From positions 1-61,812 of the forward strand of contig CAYJAP010000002.1 in NCBI GenBank assembly GCA_964368425.1: a DNA stretch of 61,812 nucleotides, read 5' to 3'. The position numbers and the translations under genes were made by a program. Shown here piece after piece: positions 58,793-61,812 of this stretch. This stretch comes from an uncultured Lachnospiraceae bacterium. Its GTDB lineage: Bacteria > Bacillota > Clostridia > Christensenellales > UBA1242. Below the pieces are notes generated by a model that worked only from the letters and a program-made list of their open reading frames with translations, was not told the DNA's origin and made no database searches. The number at the start of each line of letters is the position of its first letter. The stretch's first letter is position 1.

Positions 58793-59872
58793 ATGAAAGT
58801 TTTAAATGTTACATTAAAAGATTATAGAAACTATGACCATGCTTCGGTGGAGTTTTCGAATGGGCTAAATGTTATAAAGGGTAAAAATGCTCAGGGAAAA
58901 ACCAATCTATTAGAAAGTATATTTTTTTGTGCAATAGGAAAGAGTGTTCGTTTGAATAAAGATAAAGATTTAATTAAGTGGAAGAAAGATGTTTCAAAAG
59001 TACAGCTGGTTTTTGATAGTGATAAAGGGAAAAAAAAGATAGAAATTTATATCTTTAAGAACCAAAATAAATCTATCAAAATTAACGGCGTTCATATCAG
59101 TAGAATGGGTGAGTTGATGGGCGAGTTTAATGCCGTATATTTTTCTCCTGACGAACTAAAATTAGTAAAAAACAGTCCTGACGAAAGACGTAGGTTTATG
59201 GATATCGATCTCTCTCAATATAATAAAAACTATTTTTACAACTTAAATAAGTATAATAAAATTCTCGCTCAGAGAAATAAACTATTAAAGACTGGTGGAA
59301 ATGACATCAAAGAAACCGTTTCTATCTGGGATGATTCTCTGTCTAAATGTGGAGCGTACATCATTGTAAAGAGAATGAAATTAATTGAAACTCTAAAACA
59401 ACATGCTAATACTGTAAATAAATATCTCACAGGAGAGAAAGAAGATTTGCAGCTGTCTTATACTGGTATAACAGGACTGGACGAACAGGACATCGCTCAG
59501 AAGATAGTAAATGATTTGAGAAAAAATATCGAAAAAGATATGTCTTTGGGATATACATCTGTAGGCCCACATAGAGACGATATAAAAATAGAAAGTAACG
59601 GGATTGACATCCGTTATTTTGGGTCACAAGGGCAGCAGCGAACGTGTGCTTTATCGTTAAAATTAGCAGAGTTGGAGTTTTTTAAAGAAGCTGTAGGAAG
59701 TTATCCTGTATTATTACTGGATGATGTTTTAAGTGAGCTTGATAAACAACGACAAGAAAAACTTTTACAGTTTGTATCTAAATATCAGACAATTATCACA
59801 ACCACTGATTTTCCTTTTAATATCAAACACTCTTTGTATGAAATTGAAAATGGGCAAGTGAAAATTATATAA
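58793..59872 (+). CDS. recF: DNA replication and repair protein RecF
   Basis: Walker A GKNAQGKTNLLESI; SQGQQRT signature; LLLDDVLSELD Walker B. Confidence 0.92.
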   Translation: MKVLNVTLKDYRNYDHASVEFSNGLNVIKGKNAQGKTNLLESIFFCAIGKSVRLNKDKDLIKWKKDVSKVQLVFDSDKGKKKIEIYIFKNQNKSIKINGVHISRMGELMGEFNAVYFSPDELKLVKNSPDERRRFMDIDLSQYNKNYFYNLNKYNKILAQRNKLLKTGGNDIKETVSIWDDSLSKCGAYIIVKRMKLIETLKQHANTVNKYLTGEKEDLQLSYTGITGLDEQDIAQKIVNDLRKNIEKDMSLGYTSVGPHRDDIKIESNGIDIRYFGSQGQQRTCALSLKLAELEFFKEAVGSYPVLLLDDVLSELDKQRQEKLLQFVSKYQTIITTTDFPFNIKHSLYEIENGQVKII

Positions 59873-59939
59873 GAAAAATAGATTATTGGATAAATTGGGC
59901 TTTATAAGTTATATATTTATATTTCTACAGATTAAAGCA

Positions 59940-59968
59940 TTGACTTTTTGTGGTAAATTACTTAAAAT
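59940..59968 (+). promoter_or_regulatory. dnaA promoter (TTGACT-17-TAAAAT) with a DnaA-box-like TGTGGTAAA in the spacer
   Basis: TTGACT at 59940-59945, TAAAAT at 59963-59968. TGTGGTAAA at 59949-59957 has 2 mismatches to the TGTGGATAA consensus. Confidence 0.45.
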
Positions 59969-59991
59969 AAGGATGAAAAAGGAAATAAAAT

Positions 59992-61335
59992 ATGCAAAAA
60001 ATTAAAGAAATTTGGCAAGAAGTTTTAAATATTTTACAGAAAGAAGTTACTGCTGTATCTTTTGATTTGTGGATAAAAGCTCTTGAGCCTTTTGATTTAA
60101 AAGAAGGGGTTATTTTATTATCCATCACTAGTGAAACTGCTAAAAATAGAGTGTTGAAATTACATAAAGAACAAATTTCTGCAGCATTAAAAAAGGTTTC
60201 AGATGAGATAGTAGATTTTAAAATATTAACCAGTGATGAAAAAGATTCTTTCGAAAAAGAAACTAATTGTGTTAATGATGTAGTAACAACAACTCGACAG
60301 GTTAGTAATTTTAAACCAGCATATTCCTTTGACTCTTTCGTAGTAGGAAATAGTAATAAATATGTGTATGCTGCGGCTCGAGGAGTAGCTGAAAATCCTT
60401 TCTCTAAAATCAATCCTTTATTTATTTACGGTGGGGTTGGTTTAGGAAAAACACACCTTCTGCACGCTATCGGAAATTATTTAAAACAAAACAATCCAGA
60501 GTTAAAAGTGTTATACGTTACTTGCGAAAAGTTTACTTTTGATTACGTGGACAGTTTACGTAACAGTAAAGATCGTTCTAACTCATTGTTTAGAGAAAAA
60601 TATAGAAACCTTGATGTATTAATGATTGACGACATACAGTTTATTAGCAAGGCTTCAGCAACTCAAGAAGAGTTTTTCCATACGTTTAATGATTTGTATC
60701 AGAATAATAAACAAATTATTATAGCTTCGGACCGCCCACCAAGAGATATTGCTACATTGGAAGAGCGTTTACGTAGTCGTTTTAGTATGGGATTAATACA
60801 AGATATTCAGACACCAGATTATGAGACTCGATTAGCTATTCTACAAAAGAAGGTTCAACAAGAGCATTATAGTGTTGATAATGAGGTTATTGAATATATC
60901 GCTGAAAATTGCGATACAAACATTCGTGAAATGGAAGGATTGTTGAGTAAAGTTTATTTTTACGCAAACCTTTTAGGAAAACAAAAAGCTACCATGGAAG
61001 AGGTTCAGGAAGCTTTAAAAGACCAGGTAAGGACTAATAAACAAGACTTAACAAGTGATAGAATTGTAGATTGTGTTTGTCAGTATTTCTCTGTTAATAA
61101 AAATGATTTAATTGGTAAAAAGAAAAATAAAGAGATTGTTGAACCACGACAAATTTCAATGTATTTAATTTGTGAAATGTTGGATTTACCACTCTCTTCA
61201 ATAGGTGAAATATTTGGTGGAAGAGACCACACCACAGTGATACACGCGAGAGATAAAATAACTCAACTTGTTAAAAATAATCAGAGATATAAAGTTATAA
61301 TTAATGATTTAAAAAGTTTGGTTACTAGAAAATAA
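59992..61335 (+). CDS. dnaA: Chromosomal replication initiator protein DnaA
   Basis: IYGGVGLGKTHLLHAIGN (AAA+ Walker A), LMIDDIQF, RDHTTVIHA (domain IV). Confidence 0.96.
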   Translation: MQKIKEIWQEVLNILQKEVTAVSFDLWIKALEPFDLKEGVILLSITSETAKNRVLKLHKEQISAALKKVSDEIVDFKILTSDEKDSFEKETNCVNDVVTTTRQVSNFKPAYSFDSFVVGNSNKYVYAAARGVAENPFSKINPLFIYGGVGLGKTHLLHAIGNYLKQNNPELKVLYVTCEKFTFDYVDSLRNSKDRSNSLFREKYRNLDVLMIDDIQFISKASATQEEFFHTFNDLYQNNKQIIIASDRPPRDIATLEERLRSRFSMGLIQDIQTPDYETRLAILQKKVQQEHYSVDNEVIEYIAENCDTNIREMEGLLSKVYFYANLLGKQKATMEEVQEALKDQVRTNKQDLTSDRIVDCVCQYFSVNKNDLIGKKKNKEIVEPRQISMYLICEMLDLPLSSIGEIFGGRDHTTVIHARDKITQLVKNNQRYKVIINDLKSLVTRK

Positions 61336-61363
61336 TTATCATAATTCTACAAAAAAGTGCATA

Positions 61364-61536
61364 TGTGGACAATCATAAACATTACTTACACAGACTTGTC
61401 CACACAACGAAATCAATATGTAGTGTTATAATTTAAAATTTTGAACCTTTTAATACAATATGGTTGAAAAAAAATAAGTTATAAACATATCCACAGTCTA
61501 AATAATAATAACAATAATTTAATAATAAAATTTAAT
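61364..61536. other. oriC-like DnaA-box cluster plus AT-rich tract in the dnaA-dnaN spacer
   Basis: TGTGGACAA at 61364-61372, TTGTCCACA at 61396-61404 (an inverted pair) and ATATCCACA at 61487-61495. An almost pure A/T tract follows at 61498-61536. Confidence 0.65.
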
Positions 61537-61551
61537 TAGGAGAACGGGAAG

Positions 61552-61812
61552 ATGAAATTAGTTTGTGAAGGATTGGATTTAGCGGAAGCGGTATTAAAAG
61601 TAAGTAAGGGTACTAGCTCTAAAACTACAAATCCTATACTGGAAGGTATAAAACTTGTAGCAGAAGATAATTATTTAACTTTAAGTGCTACTGATTTAGA
61701 AATAGCTATTGAAAAGAAAATTAAAGCTGATATTAAGATTGAAGGAGAGACTGTTGTTCCAGGAAGATTTTTTAGTGAGTATATTAAAAAATTAACAAAT
61801 GAACATATAGAA
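61552..61812 (+). CDS. dnaN: DNA polymerase III beta subunit (sliding clamp), 5' partial
   Basis: AGGAGAACGGGAAG upstream of the ATG. MKLVCEGLDLAEAVLKVSKGTSSKTTNPILEGIKLVAEDNYLTLSATDLE.. is a typical DnaN N-terminus. The ORF runs off the window. Confidence 0.9.
   Translation, partial: MKLVCEGLDLAEAVLKVSKGTSSKTTNPILEGIKLVAEDNYLTLSATDLEIAIEKKIKADIKIEGETVVPGRFFSEYIKKLTNEHIE

Overview
AT-rich chromosomal segment from a Gram-positive, endospore-forming Firmicute (Clostridia-like). The right end is the replication-origin gene set in an atypical order: gyrA<-gyrB<- | ->recF->dnaA->[DnaA boxes]->dnaN. All family calls come from motifs read by eye; no BLAST, HMM or RNA folding was run.

Most of the window is core genome:
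- Five aminoacyl-tRNA synthetases (aspS archaeal-type, asnS, cysS, lysS, argS), with no room for T-box leaders.
- A trimeric HydABC-type [FeFe] hydrogenase operon.
- DNA repair and oxidative stress genes (xth, uvsE, ogt, peroxiredoxin).
- tilS, cca, rsmA, tatD, glmM and one tRNA-Ser(GGA).
- Many sporulation genes (spoIIE, spmA/spmB, yabP-yabQ-divIC, a DacB-like carboxypeptidase, a SpoIIM-like protein).

I saw no transposase, integrase, phage gene, CRISPR array or rRNA.

The parts not explained by housekeeping functions, and the best candidates for something undescribed:
1. A roughly 5.5-kb uncharacterised block (39996-45509) between divIC and a 5'-truncated glmU. It holds a membrane-anchored Mrr-type nuclease translationally coupled to divIC, a 50-aa zinc ribbon and three tandem membrane proteins with SHOCT-like C-termini. 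It also holds a minus-strand operon with a Cys-rich/BclA-C-like putative spore-surface protein, a gene with an in-frame TGA at codon 4, and a 365-aa helical protein.
2. Two SD-preceded micro-ORFs, an intrinsic terminator and an SD-sequestering hairpin in front of an ABC exporter (9691-10082).
3. A free-standing 25-codon Lys/Ala-repeat micro-gene with its own promoter, SD and terminator (2878-3061).
4. A large orphan coiled-coil protein paired divergently with an orphan lipoprotein (3100-7563).
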